Source: a virus
Taxonomy: Duplodnaviria; Caudoviricetes
Direction: 5' to 3' (one strand)
Length of the DNA stretch: 64,000 nucleotides
Virus record (IMG/VR): IMGVR_UViG_3300006922_000005
Shown here: piece by piece, positions 18,154 through 27,264 of the stretch
How positions within the stretch are numbered: the first letter of the stretch is position 1
How the letters are laid out: the number at the start of each line of letters is the position of its first letter
Notes under the pieces: generated by a model
What the model was told of the DNA's origin: nothing
The model's input: only the letters and a program-made list of their open reading frames with translations
Databases searched by the model: none
Position numbers and translations under genes: made by a program

Positions 18154-19184
18154 TCTGTTGGCTCAGGCTTGCCACACAGGTCAACAACTTTTGGCCATAT
18201 GTGTGTCCATGCTCTGCCTTGTGCCATTTCTGCTCGGTCCCATTGACAATATGAAAGATCATTAAACCATTGTTGAATTTCTTCACTACTTGCAAGTGCA
18301 GGAGTTTCAACTGCTTCTAATTGTTTGCTAGATACATGATATGCAAAGTTTCCTTCATCTACTGCAATAGTAGGAATACCATATGCAATAGCATCAATAG
18401 CACTACCACTACTATAAGTAATACAAGTTTTTGCTTCTTTTAAATCTTCTTGTAATGTTCTTGCAATTCCGTCACTCCATACTATGTTAGGATAATTTTT
18501 AAATACTATTTTTCCTATGTCACCAAAAAAGTTTTCATGTCCTTTTTCACTCATTGCAGGGTGAAATCTAATTCTTATTTCACGTTTTGTAATACTTCTA
18601 AGTTCTTCTATTGTGTCTAATAACCATTCGCCATGATCGGATCCACGTAGACTAGCATCGCCGGGTAACTGTGTAAGTATTAAAATGTTACCGTCTTTGT
18701 TATTAATCCAACCTTTCCATCTAACATATAAGTCACCAAATTTACTAAGTCTATCACCGTTTGAATTTTCGTTATTAAATTCTCCAGCACCACTTAGAAA
18801 GCCATTAAGTCCAATTCTATACATATCATGGTTACTTTGTTTTACAATACTCCTAGCAAGTAACGGAGTTTCAAGTACAATATAATTTTTACATTTTTCA
18901 ATTACACTATTTCTTACACGATGATGTAAATTTTCTCTTTCTTTTGCACTACCAAATATGATACCGACGTCTGCTGTTTCGTCTGCAACTTCGCCGTAAT
19001 CTAAACTAATCTCTACACCAATTTTACGGATTTCTTTAATATACTTTTGCATATTGAATTCTGTTAGTTCTTCTTTTACTTTTACACTTTGCGAAAAGTG
19101 TGTAACAAGGCCGCGATAGTATGCACGTAATACATCTTTTTCGCCGTTGTTTTGTCCTGTTAACATGTAGACTTTAATTTTCAT
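18150..19184 (-). CDS. KpsS/KpsC-like GT-B glycosyltransferase-like protein
   Basis: IRIRFHP...ITYSSGSAIDAIAYGIPTI. Confidence 0.7.
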   Translation of the reverse strand: MKIKVYMLTGQNNGEKDVLRAYYRGLVTHFSQSVKVKEELTEFNMQKYIKEIRKIGVEISLDYGEVADETADVGIIFGSAKERENLHHRVRNSVIEKCKNYIVLETPLLARSIVKQSNHDMYRIGLNGFLSGAGEFNNENSNGDRLSKFGDLYVRWKGWINNKDGNILILTQLPGDASLRGSDHGEWLLDTIEELRSITKREIRIRFHPAMSEKGHENFFGDIGKIVFKNYPNIVWSDGIARTLQEDLKEAKTCITYSSGSAIDAIAYGIPTIAVDEGNFAYHVSSKQLEAVETPALASSEEIQQWFNDLSYCQWDRAEMAQGRAWTHIWPKVVDLCGKPEPTE

Positions 19185-19959
19185 TCAATACTCTCCTTGC
19201 TGTTCCGTCGTATAGTTCTTGTATATGATACTGTCCGTATGCTAGGTGACATGCCCATTTGTGAACCAAGTCACTGTCCGGATAGTATGGTGTTTCAATT
19301 TTAGTTATATCATTAGATGCTACTGGGGTACTAGCATTGGGTGCAAGTCCAAAAGCAGGTATTCCGTATAATACTGCTTCAGTTGCCGCAATACTTTGTA
19401 GTGTAACAACAGCATGTGCATTATCTAATTCGTCATATATAGTTTTAACAATACGTTCTGGACGACTTGCCTTTTCACGTACAACTATAGGACGATCAGT
19501 ATATTCTTTTATCTTACTAATTGTTTGTTCACGCCATTCGTTCATATCAATATCATAAAATTTTGCAGGTTTCTCACTTGGCATAACAACAAGAATATTA
19601 CGTCCGTCTTTTTTCCATTTTGGAATTTTGTATTGTAATTTTTCCCATCTATCACTAGGTCTATCAATTATAGTGTTGTGTTGTAGATCATTTTTTACTA
19701 TTCTATGAAACCATTTCCAGCCATTAGGATTGATAGGAGATTTGTAATTACCTAAGTATCCACTATCCATATAGTAAAAATCTCTTTTATCTTCCCAACA
19801 CTTTTTCATAATCTTATGTTTTAGTATACCACGTAGCACTATTGGTTGTGGTGCAGTTGTATCATAATCAAATGTTTTATCCGATGTAGGCTTAGCATTA
19901 CACCCGTCTGCAAACATATTAACGTATTCGTCTGTGCCGTTTTTACTTAAAAATATCAT
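19174..19959 (-). CDS. KpsS/KpsC-like GT-B glycosyltransferase-like protein
   Basis: IVVREK...VVTLQSIAATEAVLYGIPAF; start moved to ATG 19959. Confidence 0.65.
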   Translation of the reverse strand: MIFLSKNGTDEYVNMFADGCNAKPTSDKTFDYDTTAPQPIVLRGILKHKIMKKCWEDKRDFYYMDSGYLGNYKSPINPNGWKWFHRIVKNDLQHNTIIDRPSDRWEKLQYKIPKWKKDGRNILVVMPSEKPAKFYDIDMNEWREQTISKIKEYTDRPIVVREKASRPERIVKTIYDELDNAHAVVTLQSIAATEAVLYGIPAFGLAPNASTPVASNDITKIETPYYPDSDLVHKWACHLAYGQYHIQELYDGTARRVLNEN

Positions 19960-20668
19960 GTTGATAATCTTTCCAATATACATGTTCTGACATACGTTGT
20001 TTAAATTCATCTAACAAGTCTGCATAACTGTTGTTCTTTTCTAATCGTTCTGTTGATAGTAAACTTTCGTTAACTCTATTAGGATCATAAAAAAATATGT
20101 TTACACTATTACTACTAATACTAAAAAATTTATATCCTATACTTTCAAAATAGTTTCTGTATTTTTTATAACTTACCCCGTGCCATATTGTTTTACTATA
20201 TTGATTACAATCTTCAATAAAAGGAAATGATCCTACAGCATCGTAACTAAACTTTCTATTAATCTCTGCACAAATAATACTAGGACGAAAGTTTAAATTA
20301 ATTAAGTTAGTCATAACTTCATAATCGTAACTGTCAATATCTAAACTAAACACATCTACATTTTTGTCAAATAATTGTATAATTTCTTTGCATTTATTAG
20401 GAGTAATACGTCCTCTATGAAAAGTAACATTCTTATGCAGATTGATTTGTCGTTTCATATCAAATGCTGTGCAATGATACTTGTGATTCTGTACTAAATT
20501 CTGTGTACAATTTATTGATATACCTGTAGGACTTTTTACATCACTGCCCCAACCAATTTCAACACATTTTTTTGTAGGTTCTTTAAGTGCTTTTACTAAA
20601 TGTAAAATTATTCCATCTTCGTCTGATTGGCAATGATGCCTTTCACTGTAAGGTAATCTAAACTTCAT
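19943..20668 (-). CDS. FkbM-like methyltransferase
   Basis: VEIGWG, FSLDIDSYDY, RPSIICAEIN. Confidence 0.7.
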   Translation of the reverse strand: MKFRLPYSERHHCQSDEDGIILHLVKALKEPTKKCVEIGWGSDVKSPTGISINCTQNLVQNHKYHCTAFDMKRQINLHKNVTFHRGRITPNKCKEIIQLFDKNVDVFSLDIDSYDYEVMTNLINLNFRPSIICAEINRKFSYDAVGSFPFIEDCNQYSKTIWHGVSYKKYRNYFESIGYKFFSISSNSVNIFFYDPNRVNESLLSTERLEKNNSYADLLDEFKQRMSEHVYWKDYQHDIFK

Positions 20669-21525
20669 TTCTTCCATGTCCTAAAGTTATTCTCTAACTC
20701 TTTAAGTTTGCCGTGTTTTTTATTTTTCTTTTCTTGCTTATCAAGATCCTTACGTTCTGCACCTGTAGTAATTTTTTCAATATACTTGTCCATTTTGGGA
20801 TCTTTCTTTCTTGCACCTTTAAAGTGTCTAAAATATTTGCCTAGTACAGTTTCTTTAAGTGGACTGTGTGCAGTACGTTGTGGATGGAAGTCAATTACCT
20901 TCACTCCGTTACTTATTGCATCAACTACACAATCAGCAAACACATATGCATCATTTGGTTTAGGAAATCTACTTCTATCATTAACACTACGTGATAGATA
21001 TATGTCTTCATATCTGTTTACAAATGTTTCAGCATAGTTGTGTTTTGTGTTAAACCAATATATACCTGTATCTGCATGTTGTATATTAGTACCAGCATAC
21101 TTACCTTTATTCATTGTTACACCCATGTACGCCGCAATATTATCTATAGGACACTGTTGCTCTAACCACTCTTGTGTTATATCTCTGTAAGTAACACTGT
21201 CTGCATCTAAGTATATAATTGTGTCTGCATCAATATTTCTACAAGCATGTACCCAACTAAATGCTTTGTAAGCAAAGCCTCTACTAAAGTGTTTTCCGAT
21301 ATAATCTAAATATTCTTTTAAAGGTTCGCCACATGCTTCGTATACATCTAGTTCTTTAAGTTTAGATGAACTTAAAGGTAGTTTCATATCTTCAGTGTAG
21401 CAATACAATGGAATATCACTAGGCCAAAACTGTAGATAGGTTTCTACCATTTTGTTTGCCATTGAGTCGTAGTAGTCTTTATTAAATGTTGTTATACACG
21501 CAAATTTACGCATTGTTATCTCCAA
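20665..21525 (-). CDS. GT-A fold glycosyltransferase
   Basis: IYLDADSV, DAYVF, HFKG; paralog of 14597-15430. Confidence 0.75.
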   Translation of the reverse strand: MEITMRKFACITTFNKDYYDSMANKMVETYLQFWPSDIPLYCYTEDMKLPLSSSKLKELDVYEACGEPLKEYLDYIGKHFSRGFAYKAFSWVHACRNIDADTIIYLDADSVTYRDITQEWLEQQCPIDNIAAYMGVTMNKGKYAGTNIQHADTGIYWFNTKHNYAETFVNRYEDIYLSRSVNDRSRFPKPNDAYVFADCVVDAISNGVKVIDFHPQRTAHSPLKETVLGKYFRHFKGARKKDPKMDKYIEKITTGAERKDLDKQEKKNKKHGKLKELENNFRTWKK

Positions 21526-22468
21526 ATACTAACGGTTTTAGATGTGCCCAACTTTCGCCTTTTGCATGTTCTCTTTGTGTCCATTGAGTGTATGCAATAT
21601 CATTACACCATTGTGTTCTATCTATATCGTAGTTTAAATTTTCTATAGTTTCTAAACCTTGTTGTCTTATAGGCCAAATCATACTACCATCTTCAAATGC
21701 AAAAGTTGGAACACCTTCACATATTGATTCTATTGAACTTAAACTATTATATGTAATTACGCAATGTGCATCTTCAAGGTCTCGATATAGGCCGTCTGCT
21801 GTACAGTTATTATTCTCGTCTGGCAAGTAACTATGCAATGAATCTACATTTTCACTTACACTTATATCTAATCCTGGATATCTTTTTTTAAGTCTAAGCG
21901 ACATCTTTGTTCCTCGACTTAAATTTCTAGGATGAGGTCTTAAAAGTATTGGACGATCTGTATGCTTTTTAATCTCTAATATAATGTGTTCTACCCAATC
22001 GTAAAAACTATTATAATCTTTGTACAAATTTAAAAGGCTACTATCACCTTCTTTTTGTCCCATAATAATAATTTTATCACCACGACTTTTCCAATCTTTT
22101 AATTTTACACCACTTTCTTTTTCAAATTTATTCCAACGATCTGGTGGACTATTTTCATTACCAAAGTTTCCTTCAGTCCATTTATAACTTGTCCAACCTA
22201 GCCTAGTCCAACCTAAGTGTCTTCTAAAACAAGAACTTTCATTAACTAGAAATGGCTTACCACTGTCACGTATAAAACGGTACATAGGTCCTTGCCAGCC
22301 ATTGTTAATTTTTGGTTTTAATAAATTTGTTTGTATGTAAGCATCAGCATTGTGCGGTACGTCAATGTTATCAACTATCTGAAAACTATCACCGTGACGT
22401 ACTAATCCTTTTGTTAGACAAACTTGTAATGATTTTACTGAGCCTTTAATTCCTACAAGGGAGACCAT
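21506..22468 (-). CDS. KpsS/KpsC-like GT-B glycosyltransferase-like protein
   Basis: ILLRPHP...ITYNSLSSIESICEGVPTF. Confidence 0.7.
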   Translation of the reverse strand: MVSLVGIKGSVKSLQVCLTKGLVRHGDSFQIVDNIDVPHNADAYIQTNLLKPKINNGWQGPMYRFIRDSGKPFLVNESSCFRRHLGWTRLGWTSYKWTEGNFGNENSPPDRWNKFEKESGVKLKDWKSRGDKIIIMGQKEGDSSLLNLYKDYNSFYDWVEHIILEIKKHTDRPILLRPHPRNLSRGTKMSLRLKKRYPGLDISVSENVDSLHSYLPDENNNCTADGLYRDLEDAHCVITYNSLSSIESICEGVPTFAFEDGSMIWPIRQQGLETIENLNYDIDRTQWCNDIAYTQWTQREHAKGESWAHLKPLVFGDNNA

Positions 22469-23148
22469 TCTGTACCTGTTTTGTTTGCAGTTTCAATCCA
22501 TAAGTTAGCATAGTCTACATCTTGTTTTCCTTTAAACCAAGGTCCACCTTCTGTAAAATGAATTGCTTTTGGTTTACCATCTTTTGGTTCTTTATACCAA
22601 CCTTCTAACCAATTCCATTCATGACTAATTTCGCCGATCTCTTCATCTTTTAACCAACTAAAACGGTGCATAAATTTTCCTGTTTCTTTGTTTACCATAC
22701 TAGGTATAACTTGCTGATTGCTTGGATGTCCGCAGTTCCATAATACCATTGAACTCCAATTCTTACGTGGATATAAATGCTGTGTTTTACCGTCCATCTT
22801 ATCTGAACCATCTGTAGGAGTATAGTCATGATGAACACACATAACAGCATACTTGTCATCTCTTTGTTGTAGTAGTTTATCTACATCATCTAACCAAAGA
22901 AAGTCGCAATCACAAAATAATGCCCAACCTTTATAACCTTGTAGATGTGGAATTAAAAATCTACTAAATGTAAATTCAGTAGACCCTAATGCGTCTGTTT
23001 CTCTAGTATAAACTCCACTGCGTTTAAGTTCAGGTAATTTAAGATATTTAATATCAATGGGTTCTTCTGTAGTGTGACGTAAACTATGCTCACAAACATC
23101 ACTAGCAATTTTTTCTCTGCTGTCATAGCCAATGTATATGGTATTCAT
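22453..23148 (-). CDS. GT-A glycosyltransferase (GT8-like)
   Basis: IGYDSRE, STEFTFSRF, FCDCDF, YPRKNWSS, HFTEGGPWF. Confidence 0.8.
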   Translation of the reverse strand: MNTIYIGYDSREKIASDVCEHSLRHTTEEPIDIKYLKLPELKRSGVYTRETDALGSTEFTFSRFLIPHLQGYKGWALFCDCDFLWLDDVDKLLQQRDDKYAVMCVHHDYTPTDGSDKMDGKTQHLYPRKNWSSMVLWNCGHPSNQQVIPSMVNKETGKFMHRFSWLKDEEIGEISHEWNWLEGWYKEPKDGKPKAIHFTEGGPWFKGKQDVDYANLWIETANKTGTEWSPL

Positions 23149-23150
23149 TA

Positions 23151-23933
23151 TTATTCCTCTCTGCGTTCAATATCTTCTTCAACGCATAATTCTCCGTGTT
23201 GAACTTCTAGTACATGACACGGTTCTTGGAAAGGATTGTACCCTTGGTGCCAAACTTCCTTGTCAATATCATAACCTTTTGTTAAGTGTGGTAATGTAAC
23301 ATCACTTACATGGCCGTTATATTCTGTTTTAACTTTACAACACCCTTTAAGTACATACCACATCTCAGCACGTTTAAAATGCTTTTGCATTGATAGTTTT
23401 TGTCCTGGTGCAATAACAAGTTCTTTAACTTTTACACCTTTGCCGATTGTATACAAATCTCTATACCAACCCCATGTGCGTTCAACTTTAGGATGTTTCC
23501 ATTCTTCTAATATCCAACTACTTGAATTCTTTTTATTTTCTCCACCTATGCCAAACTTAAACTCAACATCAGGATCATCTCCATATGTAAGCATTTCGGG
23601 AATGTTTGTCCATGTTCGATCTCCGCCGTTAGCGAATATAATTTTATCACCTAAATCATTTAAGTTTTTTGTTTTGAAAATTGCACCACATGCACTATCG
23701 TCACTATCATCAAAGTCGATAACAACGTCTACCATATAGAATCTTTTTGTAATTTCAACACGTTCTTTAAGTGGCATAAAAGGTTGCCCTTTCTTGCGTG
23801 TTAGCCAATCATCTGAGTTAAGTCCTACCCAAAGTTCGTCGCCTAACTTCTTTGCTTCTTCTAAGTATGCTAAATGTCCACTGTGTATAGGATCAAAGCC
23901 GCCTGTTACTAGTACTATTGTTTTCTGTTTCAT
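23151..23933 (-). CDS. cytidylyltransferase-like (HxGH) domain fused to mannose-6-phosphate-isomerase-type cupin
   Basis: TGGFDPIHSGH, FANGGDR; C-terminal ERTWGWY...LSMQKHFKRAEMW. Confidence 0.88.
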   Translation of the reverse strand: MKQKTIVLVTGGFDPIHSGHLAYLEEAKKLGDELWVGLNSDDWLTRKKGQPFMPLKERVEITKRFYMVDVVIDFDDSDDSACGAIFKTKNLNDLGDKIIFANGGDRTWTNIPEMLTYGDDPDVEFKFGIGGENKKNSSSWILEEWKHPKVERTWGWYRDLYTIGKGVKVKELVIAPGQKLSMQKHFKRAEMWYVLKGCCKVKTEYNGHVSDVTLPHLTKGYDIDKEVWHQGYNPFQEPCHVLEVQHGELCVEEDIERREE

Positions 23934-23980
23934 AGTACTATTTATGTGCGTATATTATTGTGTAATTTTATTTGAAAGTC

Positions 23981-24006
23981 AAAAAAAAAGACTCCGAAGA
24001 GCCTTT
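23981..24006 (-). terminator. intrinsic terminator
   Basis: AAGGCTC-TTCG-GAGTCTT followed by a T run. Confidence 0.85.
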
Positions 24007-24013
24007 TAAAAAT

Positions 24014-24230
24014 ATAAGCAAAATAGGTAGGACTTGGGTACACCTACAAGCACGGACCGAAATACCATTTCTAAACCGTACAACCTGTCCCCGCGGGTTA
24101 GTGCGATGTGACTCAGCGTATTTCTACTACCAAGCCTGGGTACCACCCCTGGACAGTCAAGTTCGACTCTTTTGGTAGGAGCCTCTTCCTTGCACTATAA
24201 ACAAAAAGTAATTAATTTTTTGTTGCTTAT
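24014..24230 (-). ncRNA. candidate structured non-coding RNA of unrecognised family
   Basis: own promoter and terminator, no credible sense ORF, several stems with G-U pairs favouring the minus strand, terminal ATAAGCAA/TTGCTTAT complementarity. Confidence 0.6.
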
Positions 24231-24236
24231 GTAACT

Positions 24237-24265
24237 AATATAGCAAATAATACTATAAAAGTCAA
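24237..24265 (-). promoter_or_regulatory. sigma70-like promoter
   Basis: TTGACT-17 bp-TATATT. Confidence 0.75.
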
Positions 24266-24300
24266 CCTTATTTTAAATAAAAGTTTTCCAAAATGATATA

Positions 24301-24756
24301 TTATACGGAAGCGTCTTCCATACCTGCTACACGTAGTTTAACAATATTAGTAATTTGCCATTGTTTCATGTCAATACCTTTCATTACTCCTAACCACTTG
24401 TTACGTAGTAGAGCAAACTCGTTAATGATCTTTTCAAAGTCTACTACATCTGCTTCACCATCAACGTATTTTTCAACGTCACGACTGCTTAATGCTCTTT
24501 GATAGTTTTCTAAATATTGTTTAAAAAACTTTGATCTAGTTCTACGTAGTTCTATATTTAAATATTCTAGTACTGCCTCAATCTCTTGTAATTGTCCAAA
24601 ACGTTCTTCAACAACTCCTGGTAGGTTTGCGGCCTGCTTTTCTAAGTTGCCAAATAATCTTGTCTGCTTACGTGCTTCTTCAAGTTCGCCTTCATACCAC
24701 AGAATAGCCGGGGGTATGTTTGCAATATCTTGAGTAATTCTAGAATACCAATTCAT
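24301..24756 (-). CDS. uvsY: recombination mediator (UvsY-like)
   Basis: YVDGEADV...KQWQITNIVKLRVAG C-terminus; downstream of uvsX. Confidence 0.7.
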   Translation of the reverse strand: MNWYSRITQDIANIPPAILWYEGELEEARKQTRLFGNLEKQAANLPGVVEERFGQLQEIEAVLEYLNIELRRTRSKFFKQYLENYQRALSSRDVEKYVDGEADVVDFEKIINEFALLRNKWLGVMKGIDMKQWQITNIVKLRVAGMEDASV

Positions 24757-25026
24757 TTAGTTCCACTCATCATCATCACTGCTATACGGGTCTTCGTCCC
24801 AATTATCGCTATCTTCGTCCTTATACTTTTCACCTTGTAGGTCATTTACTGCTTCTCCTAAGTATGGATCTTCAGCACCTACGGCATAAAGTGTATCTTC
24901 GTCGATACCGTTATCTTGACACCATTTAACGTATTGCATTGCTAATTGTTCTTTGTTAGTCTTTGGGACATACTCCGAAAAGATATCCCAAAGATCAATC
25001 AGTTGGTCTTCACTCATTTCCGTCAC
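24757..25026 (-). CDS. hypothetical acidic protein
   Basis: 89-aa ORF in operon. Confidence 0.65.
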   Translation of the reverse strand: MTEMSEDQLIDLWDIFSEYVPKTNKEQLAMQYVKWCQDNGIDEDTLYAVGAEDPYLGEAVNDLQGEKYKDEDSDNWDEDPYSSDDDEWN

Positions 25027-26128
25027 TTATTTTTTCCTCAATTTTAACATTTTCTGATTCTACAACTTCATCTTCTATAGATGTTTCTGCTTCTTCGTAC
25101 TTATGTCTAATTTTAGAAAAGTCGTCCATCACGAGTTGTAATTTTTCACCAGTCCAGTCTTTACGGTAGTGTAAAATTTCCTCGTTCTTACTGTTAACGA
25201 ATTTAAGTCTGTTACCCTGTTGTGTAAGAAGTCCTTGTTTTTCAAACAAGTCTACTAATCCACTGTAAGGATCCATTCCTGTTTCATAAGGGATCTTTAC
25301 TTGTACGCCTTCAAAAGGTTTTGCATAACGTGTTTTCATTACCTTACATGCGGCTCTAATACCACGTACATCTGTTACCTTTTTGCCATCAGCATCTTCT
25401 TTTAGTTTTAGTTTTTTCATTGCTACAACAATTGAAGATGCATACACAAATCCTTGTCCTCCACTGATTTTATCATCAGGATCAAACATATCTTGTGATG
25501 CATACGTATGGTTAGTACATACCATACCTACATTATACGCACCAAACATGTTAACTGTATTACGTACAAGTGCTGTCAGTGCCTTAGGTTTTCTACCCAT
25601 ATCACCTTTCAAATCACCTTTACCAAACTGGTCAACATCTGTTGGTGTTAATAACATACCCAGTGAGTCAACAACAAACAATACCTTAGGTCTGTCTTCT
25701 GCGTCTACAGAATCATAGTCGTTTCTGTAGTCTTTCATAAACTCACTTATAGTTTTAGCAACATCATCAATCATTGACATTGACAGTCTAAGCAATTTGC
25801 CTTCGTCTGTATCAACGCCTAATGCTTGTAGCCACTTTTCATCAAGTGCATTCTCTGAGTCAATTAAAACTACAAAGATACCTTGATCTTGTGCCGCCTT
25901 TACAATGTTACCACTTGCAAAGTATGATTTACCTGCGCCGGATTCACCTGCAAACACTGTCACCTTACCTAGAGGAATTCCTTTATAGAAGTCCCCTGAG
26001 ATAAGATGATTAAGTGCGTAATTGCCGGTTGAAACCCAGTCAGTTGGATCGTTAAAACCTGTACCTAATCCTGTAATAGACTTGGTGAGGTTCTTACGAA
26101 ATTTACTAACGTCGAATGGTTTCGCCAT
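25010..26128 (-). CDS. uvsX: RecA-like recombinase (UvsX)
   Basis: AGESGAGKS, IDSENA, VVDSLG, SGGQG. Confidence 0.93.
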   Translation of the reverse strand: MAKPFDVSKFRKNLTKSITGLGTGFNDPTDWVSTGNYALNHLISGDFYKGIPLGKVTVFAGESGAGKSYFASGNIVKAAQDQGIFVVLIDSENALDEKWLQALGVDTDEGKLLRLSMSMIDDVAKTISEFMKDYRNDYDSVDAEDRPKVLFVVDSLGMLLTPTDVDQFGKGDLKGDMGRKPKALTALVRNTVNMFGAYNVGMVCTNHTYASQDMFDPDDKISGGQGFVYASSIVVAMKKLKLKEDADGKKVTDVRGIRAACKVMKTRYAKPFEGVQVKIPYETGMDPYSGLVDLFEKQGLLTQQGNRLKFVNSKNEEILHYRKDWTGEKLQLVMDDFSKIRHKYEEAETSIEDEVVESENVKIEEKISDGNE

Positions 26129-26137
26129 AATTACTCC

Positions 26138-27133
26138 TTACGATTGACGGTTGCGAATCATTGCTAAAATATCATTAGCACGTTCACTACTTGGTTTTTC
26201 TTCTGTTGCACTTGCAGTAGGTGCCACCGCTTCAGCAGTTGGTGCTGGAGCCGCAGGTGCTACTGTTTCTGCTACTGGAGTAGGAGTCGCTGTCGGTGCC
26301 GCCACAGGCGCTGTTGCCTTGTTCGGATCACCAGTTGGAGCACTCATGCCTGGAGCACGAAAGTACTGCCCAAAACGCTCTGGATCATATGCTTCACCAT
26401 CAACAGATGCTTCAAACATTTCTTGGATAACTTTAACTTCAACGTCTGTTGGCTTTTTAGGTAAAAAGTCTGACAAGTTATGCAATCCATGTGTATCAAT
26501 TGCTGTTTTTTCTTCTTCAGTTATTGCACGTTCTCTACGTGACCAAGTTGAAGTTGAATAATCAGCATATCCACCTTTAGATGTTTTCTTAACTCTAAAG
26601 TCCACACCACGTACATAATCTGTAGGTAGTTCTTCCATCTCAGGATCCATTAATGCACCCTTAATGATTTGGAAAATTTGTGGTCCAATAATAAAACGTC
26701 TAATTGGATTCTCTGGAGTAGTATCTTCACTGATTGGATTTTCTGCTACAAAGCCTTGGAAAATATAAGAACGTTTCTTCCAATATTTTCTACCTTGTTG
26801 CTCCAATGCAGGATCTTTGAACCAGCCACGTACTTCTTGTAGTACTGGACATGCTTCACCATACATTTCCATACATGGAACGTTAACTGTCACTGGACGT
26901 GAATCAGTTTGTCCTTTAATACCTGCAAAAGGAAGTTTGATCATTAAGCGTTCTTTCCAAAAGAAAGTTGCTTCAGGATCAGAGTCAGGAAGAAAACGAA
27001 GTACTGCTTCGCTACCTTCTGCCATATTCCAATGTGGGTAAATTGCGTTGTCGCCGCCGCTTTGTTTGTTGTTGCCACTTGTGCGTGACTCTTGTTCGCG
27101 TAATTTTGCACGAATTTCTGCTAATGTTGCCAT
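26138..27133 (-). CDS. single-stranded DNA-binding protein (gp32-like)
   Basis: AVLRFLP, CPVLQE, YWKKRSY, GYADYSTS, Ala/Pro/acidic tail. Confidence 0.88.
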   Translation of the reverse strand: MATLAEIRAKLREQESRTSGNNKQSGGDNAIYPHWNMAEGSEAVLRFLPDSDPEATFFWKERLMIKLPFAGIKGQTDSRPVTVNVPCMEMYGEACPVLQEVRGWFKDPALEQQGRKYWKKRSYIFQGFVAENPISEDTTPENPIRRFIIGPQIFQIIKGALMDPEMEELPTDYVRGVDFRVKKTSKGGYADYSTSTWSRRERAITEEEKTAIDTHGLHNLSDFLPKKPTDVEVKVIQEMFEASVDGEAYDPERFGQYFRAPGMSAPTGDPNKATAPVAAPTATPTPVAETVAPAAPAPTAEAVAPTASATEEKPSSERANDILAMIRNRQS

Positions 27134-27220
27134 AATTTAAGCCTCCTATATGTTTTGCCTTTATGTGCCTGTTGTTCGATTATCGAACGTTTCGATATGT
27201 TTCTCTAACAACATATCTAT

Positions 27221-27249
27221 ATTATAGTTACCTTTTGTTATAAAGTCAA
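27221..27249 (-). promoter_or_regulatory. sigma70 promoter of the ssb-uvsX-uvsY operon
   Basis: TTGACT-17 bp-TATAAT. Confidence 0.85.
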
Positions 27250-27264
27250 CTAATAATTCTGAAT

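Noticed and set aside
24080-24100. Cobalamin riboswitch suggested by CTGTCCCCGC
   Set aside because: The following AACTGT and the upstream GGGAA/CGGTG elements are missing, and no plus-strand gene follows
24020-24110. Twister ribozyme suggested by UAACCCGC and a CCCAAG hairpin loop
   Set aside because: The P2 partner and GAGGG segment are not in the required position; left as untested within the ncRNA finding
23972-24178. 68-aa plus-strand ORF across the ncRNA candidate
   Set aside because: GTG start without SD, antisense to a clear promoter-terminator unit, no recognisable motif
24150-24185. tRNA or tmRNA suggested by plus-strand GTTCGACTC (T-loop-like)
   Set aside because: T-stem pairs only 3 bp, no acceptor stem, D-arm or CCA; promoter, terminator and G-U pairs all point to the minus strand
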